Assembly: GCA_963713605.1 (NCBI GenBank)
Contig: CAVQMO010000012.1
Span: 192,001 to 256,000, forward strand
From: an uncultured Nitrososphaerales archaeon
GTDB taxonomy: Archaea; Thermoproteota; Nitrososphaeria; Nitrososphaerales; Nitrososphaeraceae
Length of the DNA stretch: 64,000 bases
Direction: 5' to 3'
In this document: one piece after another, positions 22,401-33,887 of the stretch
Layout of the letters: each line of letters opens with the position of its first letter
How positions within the stretch are numbered: the first letter of the stretch is position 1
Position numbers and translations under genes: made by a program
Notes under the pieces: model-generated
What the model saw: only the letters and a program-made list of their open reading frames with translations
Told to the model about the DNA's origin: nothing
Database searches by the model: none

Positions 22401-22799
22401 CTATAAAATTAGGAAATAACTGTAACTACTTATAGAAATACTCTGGTATTTCAAGTCATGATACAGTATTGGCGGCAGATTTATTATTATGTAGTCAAGG
22501 GAAGCAGTATCAGCTGGTGGTGTCGTACAAACAACTTCTAACGTTCCTGCGAAGACTTGTGCAGCACTGCAGACTCTATTCACTACATTTACTATTGCAC
22601 TAGATCCCGAACTATCAGGGTTACCTGCTAGAGGTTCATTTATAAAAAAAGTTGTTATATCTATACCATTAGGATTCCACCCCACAGCATGTCCAGCATC
22701 GTTGTCAAATACGGTTACTTTTTTCATAAAACTCTCAGCAGGTTTACTATCTAAACTTGATAGTACAAAAAATCCTACTGTTGATAAACTTAATGTCAT
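22401..22799 (-). CDS. Putative exported protein with a FMKKVT...GWNPNG domain
   Basis: 132-aa ORF with a short hydrophobic N-terminus and a Cys pair; upstream element shared with the neighbouring gene. Confidence 0.6.
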   Translation of the reverse strand: MTLSLSTVGFFVLSSLDSKPAESFMKKVTVFDNDAGHAVGWNPNGIDITTFFINEPLAGNPDSSGSSAIVNVVNRVCSAAQVFAGTLEVVCTTPPADTASLDYIIINLPPILYHDLKYQSISISSYSYFLIL

Positions 22800-22834
22800 C
22801 TTATCTTGATATATTGCTTAATATAGACCTAATC

Positions 22835-22879
22835 TGAATTTCGTGAGATATGTTACCCAAATTTATGTTACTCTTGTTA
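22835..22879 (-). promoter_or_regulatory. Conserved 45-bp upstream element, copy A
   Basis: 39/45 identical to 24147-24191; both lie 36 bp from their gene's ATG. Confidence 0.65.
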
Positions 22880-23068
22880 GTTAAGAATCTGAGGGTCTTT
22901 TGAGATGGCATTTGTATAGATGGATTGCTATCTTTCTAACTGATAGATGAAAGCAGCAGCTATTAAACGCTATATTTTCTCCCACAATAACAGTGTTTAA
23001 TCAGATGAATAGCCCTAACTAGATTCACCAAAAAATGTCAAAAATGGAAAGCAGTCTTTGTCGGGTTA

Positions 23069-24111
23069 TTATGGCTTTTTGAATATTATATAGCTAATCT
23101 CCACTATCTGGGAACTCGAAACAAAGTGATGTTGATTTTCAAATCCAAAACCTACCTGACTGCTACCTACAACCGAATTCATGAGTACGGGCGCAGGTGG
23201 TGATCTGGGATTATTCCATGTAGAGACTATCATGTCGCCAAAGCTCGCATTTGGATTGAAACAGAGGAATTGTGAGAATCCACCTGGCCCAAGATTGGGT
23301 ACACTTCCTAGGCAACTGCCAAAAATGAGATTGTTAATACCTGATATTTTATTTCCGGCAATTGCACCATCGGCTATCTTCGGGGCGGTTATTGCGTTAT
23401 TTGCTATTGCATTGGGCCCGATCTGTTTCATAGTATATGCTGTAGATGGTGTAGGTTCATCTATTGGTGCACTGGCCGCATTTCTAGTTGTTACAGTGAC
23501 TTTGTAGTTAGCACTGGGAGCTAGTGGATTATTGATATTTGCAAATTCTAATCTTATCAGTGTGCCAGCCGGTATATTTACAGCATTACTTACTGTAAAA
23601 GTTATAGTTTGCCCAAAATTGCTTGCAGTACCAGTTAGTTCGGTACAATCACTTCCAGGTACGCATTTCTCTGCTTCATTAAAGAAACCACTACCACCTA
23701 TTGTGGTGCCTGCTGGGAAAGTTACCTGAATGAATTTGATTGTACCTGCAGTAGATGTAAAAATACTACATCATAGAATGAATTGGTATTTACAATATTA
23801 TTAGTTGGTCTAGCAGTAAGAGATGAAAGTGTTGCTTGGATAGTAAAATCACTTGTATGTTGTTTTGATGTTGATGGTGCACTAGTAGTAGGTGTAGCTG
23901 ATGAGGATGACGGCGGAATAGTTTCTAATATGAGGGGGTTGAGTGATAACCGCTGCTATCAACTCTATTTGGATTACTAGCAGCCAACACTTGCTGGATT
24001 AGCAAGCATGAAAACAGGTGATGATATTGCCATAACAGCAAAAATGAATGTAATAGCAACTCGTAGTTTTGGGATCTTTCTTAATCTCGAAGCAGGCAAA
24101 CCTATGGTCAT
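23069..24111 (-). CDS. Secreted surface protein (beta-sandwich + AIT..KIA repeat + C-terminal domain), frameshifted
   Basis: Signal peptide from ATG 24111; VTFPAGT...IRLEFANINNP...YKVTVTT; AIANNAITAPKIADGAIAGNKI; indel in an A5 run near 23760. Confidence 0.7.
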
Positions 24112-24146
24112 TGGTTGTTATAGAATTGTCTATTGTACGCTTATTG

Positions 24147-24191
24147 TGAATTTAGTGGGATATCTTACCCCGATTTATGTTACTCATGTTA
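24147..24191 (-). promoter_or_regulatory. Conserved 45-bp upstream element, copy B
   Basis: Near-identical to 22835-22879. Confidence 0.65.
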
Positions 24192-24732
24192 AATAAAATT
24201 CATACTTGGACCAAACACATTAAATACGCTCAATACTTGAAATGAATTCAGTTCTCTATAATGAATGTTGTCACACTACCACAACCAATTAGATGTGCCC
24301 TGCCATTGAGCTGTTATGATTGGATCAGTGAATATCTAGTTCTAATTGACAGTTGTCACAATAAAGACAGATGATCGAATTCTGCGTAGAGCTCCATCAC
24401 ATCTTTACATCTAGGGCATGACACGAAATCAAGTTGCTCTACTAACACCTTCTCTTTTTGTGGCTCTTGTAGTCCGGTTTGATTATTATTTTTATTTGGC
24501 TGTCTAGTGGTACTCTTAACGTACTAAATAATATACATAATATGCTATAAGCCTCTGATCACTTTCATTACATTATGGTATAATATGCTGGTAAAATGTA
24601 ATAAAAAACATTTGTGTTATAATGTATTTGATTTCAGATCTTTTACTATATAATTTAGCAGTAAATAACTGAGATTTTTCTAGGATTGATATGCTTATGA
24701 ATTCACATAAGTCAAATCCTGATTAAAGAAGC

Positions 24733-26145
24733 ATGAGCTATAAACTCATACGTATATTGCCGCTAATTTTCTTGACAACAGTTATGATATACGTACTCCG
24801 TTATCAACATACGCAAAAGATTATCAGAGCACATCTAATTTAATTAATGAGTGCTCTTCAGAAGATGGCAGTACATTGTGCTAATAATAATGCAGAGACT
24901 ATAGGGGATGAGAATATTGTAAGTCCCCAAGTCACCCAGTCTTCACAAGTTGAGACTAGATCTGATGGTCGGCCAGGTCCGCCAGGTCCAGCTGGACCTG
25001 CGGGTCCTCCTGGCGCAACCGGAGCTATTGGGGCACAGGGTGAAACCGGTCCTCAGGGATTAACTGGACCACAGGGACCACAGGGCGAGCCGGGTCAGCT
25101 GCCGCCGTGGAGCTATCTCACTTTTGAAAATTGCACTGGATCGAATCAAAACCATGATGTTACTTGCAATGTGCATGACGAAACAGGAATTACTCAAATA
25201 ACGTGTACAGTTGAACATCCGGCTATACTGGGCGGGCCCAACGTGGGTGAGTGTAGTACAAATACGGAGTGGGAACTCAGGTGCACCATTCCACCACAAC
25301 CAGGGGTTTTTGGATGCTATCTAACTTCCGGTCTAATTTCTGACTATATCTTCTTTGAACAATTTGCCCCAAATCAGCAATTTTCAAATCCTGATATCAC
25401 AGTAGACAAACAAACTGGTAACATATTTGTCGCAGATTACTTTAATAATCGTGTAGTAAAATTTGACGCAAGTGGTAATGTAATTACTCAATGGGGAAGT
25501 GCTGGATCTGGTGATGGGGAGTTTCATAACCCTCAGGATGTGGCAATAGACTCATCTGGCAATCTTTATGTTACTGACACAAATAACCACAGGATTCAGA
25601 AATTTGATAATGATGGCCAATTCATTTCAACTTTTGGATCAGGCGAGCTAGCATTTCTAGGTCGTCTAGCATTTGATTCTAATGACATACTTTATGTTAC
25701 TGAACCAGATAACGGCCGTGTACAGATGTTTAACACCGACGGCCAGTCGGTTGGGACTATCGCTGAGGGCCAACTTAGTTTTCCAGTGGGAATAGGTGTA
25801 GATTCATCTGATAATGTTTATGTGGCTGAGAGTGGAGCTTCGGGTAACCCGTCTAAAGTGAACAAGTTCACCAGCTCCGGTCAATTTATAACTTCATGGG
25901 GTTCACTGGGATCTAATCCAGGTCAATTTAATCAACCCAAGGGATTGACTTTGGATGAAAGCGATAATGTATATGTCGCTGATGAGTTCAACAATAGAAT
26001 TCAAAAGTTTGATAGCGATGGCAACTTCATTACGGAAATTGGTCAAGATAGACTAAACCATCCAATCGACGTAGCGGTAGATTCACAGGGACGAGTATAT
26101 GCTTCGGATTCTGATGAGATTCTGATCTATACTCCAACATTATAG
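24733..26145 (+). CDS. Secreted collagen-like + NHL-repeat (beta-propeller) protein; frameshifts in the N-terminus
   Basis: About 14 G-X-Y triplets, a Cys-rich domain and NHL repeats ([31 protein letters not shown]); signal peptide from ATG 24733. Confidence 0.88.
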
Positions 26146-26878
26146 CTTGGACTGAAGTTGGTTTGAACTATGAAAAAACAAGTAGACCAGTTTTTTGACA
26201 ATTGACAATCCTGACATTTATTGACAATTCCACTAGGGAAGCATTGTATAGTCGTAAGTAATAATGACCAGTAGTTGATGAGCGTAGATTAGTAGCAAGC
26301 GACCGAGAATTTTGTAAAATGTTCAAATCAACGCGAGCTATAAATGAGAGTTTGGTACTCCTCATTGGAGCTTGTGTTGGAATGGAACTTTTTATTATGG
26401 AGTTAGATACAAGTTATACGCACTATATATGGTTTGTTTACGCTTTCTTTTCAACTTCTCTGTTCCAAATTGTAAGATCAATTTAGAAAAAATGAGAAAA
26501 CAACCATCGAAGTTGGCTCTACCTGCAGATAAAAGCCGATATATAATTTTAACTTGCGAAGATTTTAATAACTGCAATAAAAATGGCTTGCGACATGCAA
26601 GAAATTCAAAAAGCAACATGTAGCTCATGTGGAACAACATTTGTAGCCGAAAGTGCTACGACAACTTTATGTCCATCATGTTCTGCATATAAAGAACAGC
26701 ATCAACACAGCGGCTGTGGTTGTGGGCACTAGCTTAATCTTTTTCCATTTTTTTATTTCGTCTAGATTTCATTCATATTAATCACATGAGTATAGCATAT
26801 CATTATATAACTTGTTCATATAAACACAGCATGTCTTCTCATGAAATATCCGAGTCTAGGAAATTGAATTGTAGAACG

Positions 26879-27272
26879 TCAGGCTATCGAAGAACTGGAG
26901 TTACCAATGTTGAATATTCTCCTCCAATATCTATTAACTAATCTTATAGATTCAAATATGATGTTCCAATATGATGTCAATAAACTGATTGAATTATATT
27001 TTAATTCATCATTGAGTTGATTTTGTATGTAATAATGTGTATTGACATGCTGATCATTCAAAACTATCTGAGAAGTATTTGGAGTTTGCACTAATTTTCG
27101 TATATCATTAATATTGTTTTGAATGCCTGCATTGCGGCAGTAAATATGAATTCTTTCATCAGTATACGTTGAACAAGATGAGCATATGAAGCGTAATACA
27201 TCTTGGCAGACATCACAATATGAATGGGGTATAAGAGTCGCGCCGCATCTTACACAAACAGTTGAACCCATA
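26879..27272 (-). CDS. Multi-Cys Zn-finger protein
   Basis: CVRC, CDVC, CSSC and HIYC motifs. Confidence 0.75.
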
Positions 27273-27443
27273 GCTGCGCTATCAGATATCAGATCTTTTA
27301 TGTTTTCAGGAACAAAGTTAATAGAGCAGACTAAATATCTATGCTCCAAAACTTTGAATATTTAATACATTTCTATATAGACTAACTTGGTAAATTGCTG
27401 CCGTTAGCCAGATTGAAAACTTGACTATTTGATATTTAGATTA

Positions 27444-27834
27444 TCATCTTCTGGCAATTATTATTATTGTTACCGTGATTATAACATATGAGATCTGAAA
27501 TATTTCTATTGCAACTGCCAATTCAATTATCCCCGGTGGCGCCAACTGTGGGTTCCTAACCGTGTCAATAACCACGTAACCAGTTAAACCTACTAACACA
27601 GCCGTACCCGCAATTCCGATAATATACCAAATTCTACCCCACCTTTTTACCATTGGCAAAACCCAGAAGAGCTGTGCCAGACCAGAAATTATGAAAAACG
27701 TAGTATATTCGATACCAGCAATAATCGAGCTTGGAACCAACATGAGGTGTAAAATTCCAGCTATTCCGGTACAACTGCCGCCCCCAAATATAGGAATGTC
27801 CTATTAGCATTGACCATTTCCGACCCCAATCCAC
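27444..27834 (-). pseudogene. Membrane protein, frameshifted
   Basis: Hydrophobic helices FFIISGLAQLFW...WYIIGIAGT; upstream part in another frame. Confidence 0.6.
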
Positions 27835-28291
27835 CTAACTATTATTAATGCTGTAAACTGACAGTGCTCAACTATATTACAGTTGTTGTATGCTTAACAC
27901 GCTAACTCGTTCTTTAAAGCATTTCCAAGCCGACTCGTAATGAGATTTAGATATGATTATCGATTCGAATGTATAGTCGTACTGTAAGAATATGATAAAT
28001 CGCCAATTCATGGAGTCTAATAGACTGTTTATGATAGGTTAATTAACCGGCTCTAGCGTCTTATTTATCCAACAAGTATTCTCGGACTCGGTGACGGGTA
28101 GACATGTTTACTAATGATATGTTAAATAGTAATAAAGTATTTTTTAGAGAATCCAGCGACGCGGTCTATCTAAGTCATACATCTGAATCAAACACTCCAA
28201 AATTGAGAGAACAGATCAACTATTTGTAGTGTTACAAAGTGTTGCAGGTTAGACCCAATCTATTTATATTATATCATACGTCGCTAAGAAT

Positions 28292-29191
28292 ATGGGTAGC
28301 GTATTATTTCTTACTTCAATCCTAGGATTGTTGCTTGTATTGGCATATTTTAGTCCACTTGGTTCGAATGATATGAATGCTCTTGGATCAGTATCAGAAG
28401 ATGATGATGAGGATGACTCTACGGTTGAACAACCAGCGCAGCAACCTCTACCTAGCAATAATACGTCAGGCGGCATTGCAACGAGTATTTATGACACGCA
28501 TGAATTCAATGCGGGAGATGGTGTACAAAATTTGTTTATTCTGATACCAAATGAAGCACATCATGGCCCCGGAGAAGAAGATGAATCAAGATATCTAACT
28601 CAACCATTTGTACCTGAGAGTGTCACTATAACTCCAGGAACTAATGTTGTTTGGTTTAATGGTGATGTCGGACACGAGCATAATATAGCCATCTCTGGTG
28701 GCAGTAGTGGTGGCGAACCTAACCCACTCTATCAAACAGGAGAGTTTTCTGAATTTGATGCACGAAATTATACATTTAACGATGCAGGGGACTTTAGTTA
28801 TGCAGATACTGTGGAATATGAAAATGGATTCATAATGAGAGGAAATATTAGCGTAGCCGATTCATCTCAACAGGGAACAACTGGAAGCAATCCTCATAGC
28901 GTCGGACTTCTAATGGTACCTACAGAAGACCTAGCTCAATACACACAAGATCTTCAAAGTAGAGGTATTGTAATTGACAGCACGCATAACTTTCCTGATC
29001 TCAGAGAGGGCGACGAACAAACATTAGTTGTGTGGGAAGCACCTGAAAGCACTGATACTCCTGCAATATTAGCGGACCTAGCCGAGGTGTCACAACAATT
29101 TCCATACAGCTCGATTGAGAGACACTTAGCTCAAGAAGCCAGAGTGTACATGCGCATCCACCTAATGGGAACCGCCGACTGTTCTATTTGA
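28292..29191 (+). CDS. Secreted cupredoxin-fold (plastocyanin-like) protein with atypical ligands
   Basis: FVPESVTITPGTNVVWFNGD..HEHNI; YTFNDAGDFSY...MRGNISV. Confidence 0.8.
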   Translation: MGSVLFLTSILGLLLVLAYFSPLGSNDMNALGSVSEDDDEDDSTVEQPAQQPLPSNNTSGGIATSIYDTHEFNAGDGVQNLFILIPNEAHHGPGEEDESRYLTQPFVPESVTITPGTNVVWFNGDVGHEHNIAISGGSSGGEPNPLYQTGEFSEFDARNYTFNDAGDFSYADTVEYENGFIMRGNISVADSSQQGTTGSNPHSVGLLMVPTEDLAQYTQDLQSRGIVIDSTHNFPDLREGDEQTLVVWEAPESTDTPAILADLAEVSQQFPYSSIERHLAQEARVYMRIHLMGTADCSI

Positions 29192-29249
29192 TACATCGGC
29201 GCATCTCAGAGCGAACCTCGTAGCAGGCTATATTAGACATGCTTAGCGT

Positions 29250-29760
29250 CTTATCCGTTTATACTTTACAGCTAGCTTTTTCGATCTTATCTAATACATC
29301 AGCTGGTGGTTTAGAAATATCTTCTCCTACATGGCGATATTTCCCGTTATGATCAGTGGTTTTATATCCTCATCTACACTATTTCCACAACTTCTGCAAA
29401 CATTATATGATCTCCCAGCTCTTCTTGTTTCACTAATTTATACTCTGCATTCATAGCTCCGCCCTGAACCATCAATACATTGATACTCTTTGCAGTATAG
29501 AAAACAATTAACCCCGCCTCTTTAATTAATGATATTTTATCCGTTTCTCTACCACAATATCTCCCAAGCCAAGCCTACAGACGACATTCTGATCTGTTGC
29601 AGCTAAGTTAACACCAAATTCTCTTGAAGATTGAATATTCTCTGCCGTAGCATCATTGTCCTCTTACATAAATTGCAATAAGACTTGGAGAATAAGATAT
29701 GTGATGTGTCCATTCTGCAGACATTATATCTAGTCCAGCTGGACCATTTGTGCTAGTTCA
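29250..29760 (-). pseudogene. Flavin reductase-like protein remnant
   Basis: Fragments TNGPAGLDIMSAEWTHHISYSP, EFGVNLAA and LGDHIMF, with many breaks. Confidence 0.75.
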
Positions 29761-29990
29761 TCGACAATAGAATTTCTTTAGCATATAGAAGATCGGCATA
29801 ATAATCTGTTCCAACAGGTATTATAAAGAACAATTGAAATAGAAACTTTAGCAGGAATATTATGATGATTATGGCAATAATAACTAGAATTACGTACACT
29901 AATGTTCCTAATACCATTTCAATCTAAGATGTTCAAAATAGTATTAATAGGATTAAACTCTCAGGAAAGTCAGACGATATAGATGCTAAG

Positions 29991-30074
29991 ATGTATGCGA
30001 CTTTTTCTTGCGTAGATTGCGGTCGAGAATTTCAAACTCGTGAAGAGTTAGAAGATCACGAGAGTACTCATTGA
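29991..30074 (+). CDS. 27-aa single C2H2 zinc-finger microprotein
   Basis: MYATFSCVDCGREFQTREELEDHESTH*. Confidence 0.7.
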   Translation: MYATFSCVDCGREFQTREELEDHESTH

Positions 30075-30258
30075 ATTCAATTATGGATCTTGAGCAACCA
30101 ATTAATGGATCCAGGAGATCATTTTGGATAACTTTAGACTCTAGACTAACTATTGATCGAAGTTTTTTGAATATTTAAAAGTTGGATCTTAATAGGTACA
30201 ATCAAATCGCATACAATCAAAATAAAAAGAGGCGTGTATTAGGAATTAGAATAATGCT

Positions 30259-30597
30259 CTAGTTATTATTACCGCCCTCCTCGCTCTCTCCATCACTACC
30301 GTCGTCTCCTCCGTCTCCATCACCGTCTCCGTTTCCGCCGTCATCGCCGCCTCCACCAACATCGCTTGCAGAGGGCATACTAATATATCTTCCAGTCATA
30401 TTTCCTCCAGTCATATTTCCTCCAGTCATATTTCCTCCAGTCATATTTCCTCCAGTCATATTTCCTCCAGTCATATTTCCTCCAGTCATGTTTGACTGGG
30501 CATACATCGTGGATGCAAGTCCAGTCATCAACACCGACGCAACTATTGCGACGCCTATGGCTACATATATTTGGCTTTTCATCGAACTGCCATTCAT
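30259..30597 (-). CDS. Small secreted protein with seven NMTG(G) repeats and a Gly/Asp tail
   Basis: Signal peptide ending MYA, NMTGG repeats, acidic Gly-rich C-terminus. Confidence 0.8.
   Translation of the reverse strand: MNGSSMKSQIYVAIGVAIVASVLMTGLASTMYAQSNMTGGNMTGGNMTGGNMTGGNMTGGNMTGGNMTGRYISMPSASDVGGGGDDGGNGDGDGDGGDDGSDGESEEGGNNN
30391..30492. repeat. 15-bp tandem repeat tccagtcatatttcc, about 6.7 copies
   Basis: Units start at 30391, 30406, 30421, 30436, 30451, 30466 and 30481. Confidence 0.97.
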
Positions 30598-31213
30598 CTT
30601 ATGATATATAGTAATTCCAGTACGTATCAACTAGAAGAAAGTTTATGGCTTAACTTTTATTGGGAGAACAATGAAAATAGAAATCATCCACAGTAATCTT
30701 CCGGGTACCGAGGACTGTAATGGTTTTATTGAATATTGTACAACAATACGATGGCAAGCGAAATTCTGACATATTCATCAAGACATAGCCGATGTAGGTA
30801 TGTGCTTCCCATCGATTAGCCGTTATAACTATAGAGCAGACCTACTTAGATCTGTTTCTGATGGCTTGGCAGCGTGTTCCACAGATTTCATGATAGATTG
30901 CTCAAACAAAGAGCATGGGGTTGGACTAGGTTGTCAGGCTACTACAATAACCAGGTAAGTTTGGGTGTCTAATGACTTCTTATTTCAGCTTATAATCTAG
31001 ATAATAGTAAGCAGCGCCCATATCTACATTTTTTTGTAATCGGACGTTCGATAATTCATTTCAGTTATTAGCGGTAGAAAAATAGATTCTCTTTCTATAA
31101 CTAACAACTATCTATTGTTATATACAATAAACCATCTATACTAAAATCAAGTATTTTTTGGATAGCCCAATAAATGCATCCCGTAATAACTCATGTTTTC
31201 TATAGCATATGAG

Positions 31214-31411
31214 ATGAGACGGACTATAGAGTGTAATTGTAATCGTAGGGTTACTAATGTTAGATCTTCCAGATTTGAGATAAATAGTTCTATAATAGAG
31301 CTTGAATGTAATATTTGTAGTGGCTTGGTTGGATGGTGGCATAGTCCAACAAAAAAGATCATGCTATTAAAGCGAAAATGGTCTCGGGAAGAGCGCCTGG
31401 ATATGCGATAA
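31214..31411 (+). CDS. Small Cys4 Zn-ribbon-like protein, paralog of 19063-19254
   Basis: ECNCNRR...IELECNICSG..GWW...KKI...RKWSREE..DMR. Confidence 0.8.
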   Translation: MRRTIECNCNRRVTNVRSSRFEINSSIIELECNICSGLVGWWHSPTKKIMLLKRKWSREERLDMR

Positions 31412-31956
31412 TTTCTAAGTTAAGTTAGGTTGGAATGTTTTCCAGCGATCTCTATATATAGCAAAGTCATAGCAGATAGATTTGCTACTGCAGAAATACC
31501 AGCAGATTCAATATATTCGGCTTTTGTTATGGGTATAACTAAATTAGTTCTGTGTTAAGTCCTATATTTATATATTTACTCATGCACTTTTTAGTACACC
31601 TGAACCATGCCGGCCATCTCTTTTAGTCAGTTAGCCCTATTCTTCATATTTGGCGCCCTGCCCTAATAGCGATTATGAAAAGTTGGTTTGGGGATGGCTA
31701 TCCCCATTCTATGCCTGCAATTAATTATGATTCATAAGTCTTAAGCATGGGCATAGAAGTGCTAATAATCAACCAGATCAGATTTTTGCTGAATATAACT
31801 AATAATTAACCGGTGCTATTTGTTGTTCACCATTATAGCTAACAAGAGTTACCAATCTCTCCATTTGGCCGCTGTTAGGATCGGAATAATTGAGTACGAT
31901 AGTTATCTAATCAGTACTTACTTTTTTCTAAATTTCCATTAACGATTGAAATAATC

Positions 31957-32724
31957 TTAACGACCAACAGATGCGAATGCGCCGCCTCCACCTGCTGATG
32001 CGAATGCGCCGCCTCCACCTGCTGAATTTATAATAATCCCACTCCTACCAATGTAGTCATTATCATTGTAGTAATAATCGCCATTTTCATTATCATAATT
32101 ATCGCGTCCGGCATAATCGTCATCATATTCATCATTTTTATAGTTATTAGACGCGGAAGTAACAATAGCATTATCACTATTGTCAAAGAATGGTGAGTTT
32201 TCGCTGTCCTCGTCATTATCGTTAGCTTCGTCATTTCCATCATCTTCCTCATCGTCATTAGAGGAGGTTTCATCGTCATTAGAGGAGGTTTCATCGTCAT
32301 TGGTATCATCGTTACTATTTTGTTCGTCATTGTTACTATCATTGTTATCTTCATCATCTACCTCATCGCCATTTGAAGATGTCTCATCGTCGTTAGAAGA
32401 TCCATCGTTAGAAGATGGAGTAATAGGAGATGAAGATGGTAATGTAGCCAGCTGGGTTATAATGCTAGAGTTACCCGTCGAATTAAGCAGGAAAGAAGTG
32501 GTCTGAGTTAAGTTACTATTGATACCATGATTCAAATTTGTAGTTGAATTATCACCACTCTGTTCTAGACTAGCTGGAATTATTTGCGCGAATAGAGTCT
32601 GCATTACTCCGCCAGATTGAGGATAAACCAATAACGTTAATGCCGCAAAAGACGTACAAGCTAATGCTACTACTAAAGTCATCTTAAATAGGGAAGATTT
32701 ATACAATTTAATGCATTTTCCCAT
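31957..32724 (-). CDS. Secreted acidic low-complexity (D/N/S/E) protein
   Basis: Hydrophobic N-terminus, NDDETSS repeats and C-terminal (SAGGGGAFA)2. Confidence 0.7.
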   Translation of the reverse strand: MGKCIKLYKSSLFKMTLVVALACTSFAALTLLVYPQSGGVMQTLFAQIIPASLEQSGDNSTTNLNHGINSNLTQTTSFLLNSTGNSSIITQLATLPSSSPITPSSNDGSSNDDETSSNGDEVDDEDNNDSNNDEQNSNDDTNDDETSSNDDETSSNDDEEDDGNDEANDNDEDSENSPFFDNSDNAIVTSASNNYKNDEYDDDYAGRDNYDNENGDYYYNDNDYIGRSGIIINSAGGGGAFASAGGGGAFASVGR

Positions 32725-33258
32725 CTGAAAAATACTATAAAAATATTTCGTACTTAACACATAGAAGAATGATGTGATTCGCCTGTTACGGATTCTATAG
32801 AAGCAGAAATAGAGAATCATGGAAAAGTAAAATTGGGCAAATATATTCGTGGTTCATGGATGTGCAATGACTGTGTGACAGAAAGAACTGATGAGACTAC
32901 TTCGACAATTCAGGACGAGAGTGACAGCTTACGTCACGAACGCGTAGGAGTTGCAAATAAATCAGATGTTTCTCCTAATACTCCTGCAGCAGATGAAGCT
33001 GATATATGATTTTAATCTACGAAGATTTTAATTATTGTAATGGAAATTCAAATGATACAAAGTGACTTGGATAGAAACAAATGATACAAAGACAAGCATT
33101 AGCATTCCAGTAATTAGTGTTAGTAGAGAGGATTTTTGGAAGATGTTTGAGCCACTGCTTAAGCAATCGATTAATGGATCTGCAAGTTCATTTGAATAAA
33201 GTTCAATCAATGAAATATGTGAGCAAGTTCAAATATCTGAAATGAGAAGCTGTACTAA

Positions 33259-33633
33259 ATGTCGCTTAATTTTGTCAAAGCTGTGAAGAGTACACACAGA
33301 CACCCGATAAATAAACTACTTCATCTCATCGGATTAGTGTTGTATACTTTTGCGTTATTTACATTTGCATCTTATTTGTTGGGTAATCTTAATCAAAATC
33401 CGATGTTAAGTCTAGCTTTGTGGCTGACAGCAATTAATTTGTTTATCATGGGTCACATGATTGAAGATAACGTAAGAGCAATGACTGCTATCATACTCTT
33501 TAAGTATATGAGATCTAAACTGTCCAAGAATGAGTTTGATAAAGAGAAGTTACAATCTCGAAATAATAATAACGATATGACATTAGTGAGATATTCACGT
33601 CTGCACGATATTGCAATATCTTGCCAGTGTTAG
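33259..33633 (+). CDS. Mpo1/DUF962-like membrane protein
   Basis: HRHPINKLLHLIG...IMGHMIEDN His pattern. Confidence 0.7.
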   Translation: MSLNFVKAVKSTHRHPINKLLHLIGLVLYTFALFTFASYLLGNLNQNPMLSLALWLTAINLFIMGHMIEDNVRAMTAIILFKYMRSKLSKNEFDKEKLQSRNNNNDMTLVRYSRLHDIAISCQC

Positions 33634-33887
33634 TGTCTACTATTGCAGTCATATTCTTAACTTCTGTTCCATGAATCCCGTGTAATGTCTTACTTGCTTA
33701 GGTTACAGAAGTATTCGTCACATTCCGTACATGGGGAGGTAGTCATCCCTATATTACGACATCCGCTGTAACCATATGGTGCGAATGCTTGAGACATTTT
33801 CTCTAGACAGAGGTATATCATACAGTTTATGAAAATATCTTACCGTTTACTGTTGCGACCTACTTATTTAATACTGCCTGACATAAT

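Noticed and set aside
32028..32506. Met/Thr-rich and Ser-rich ORFs
   Set aside because: Off-frame and antisense shadows of the acidic protein at 31957-32724.
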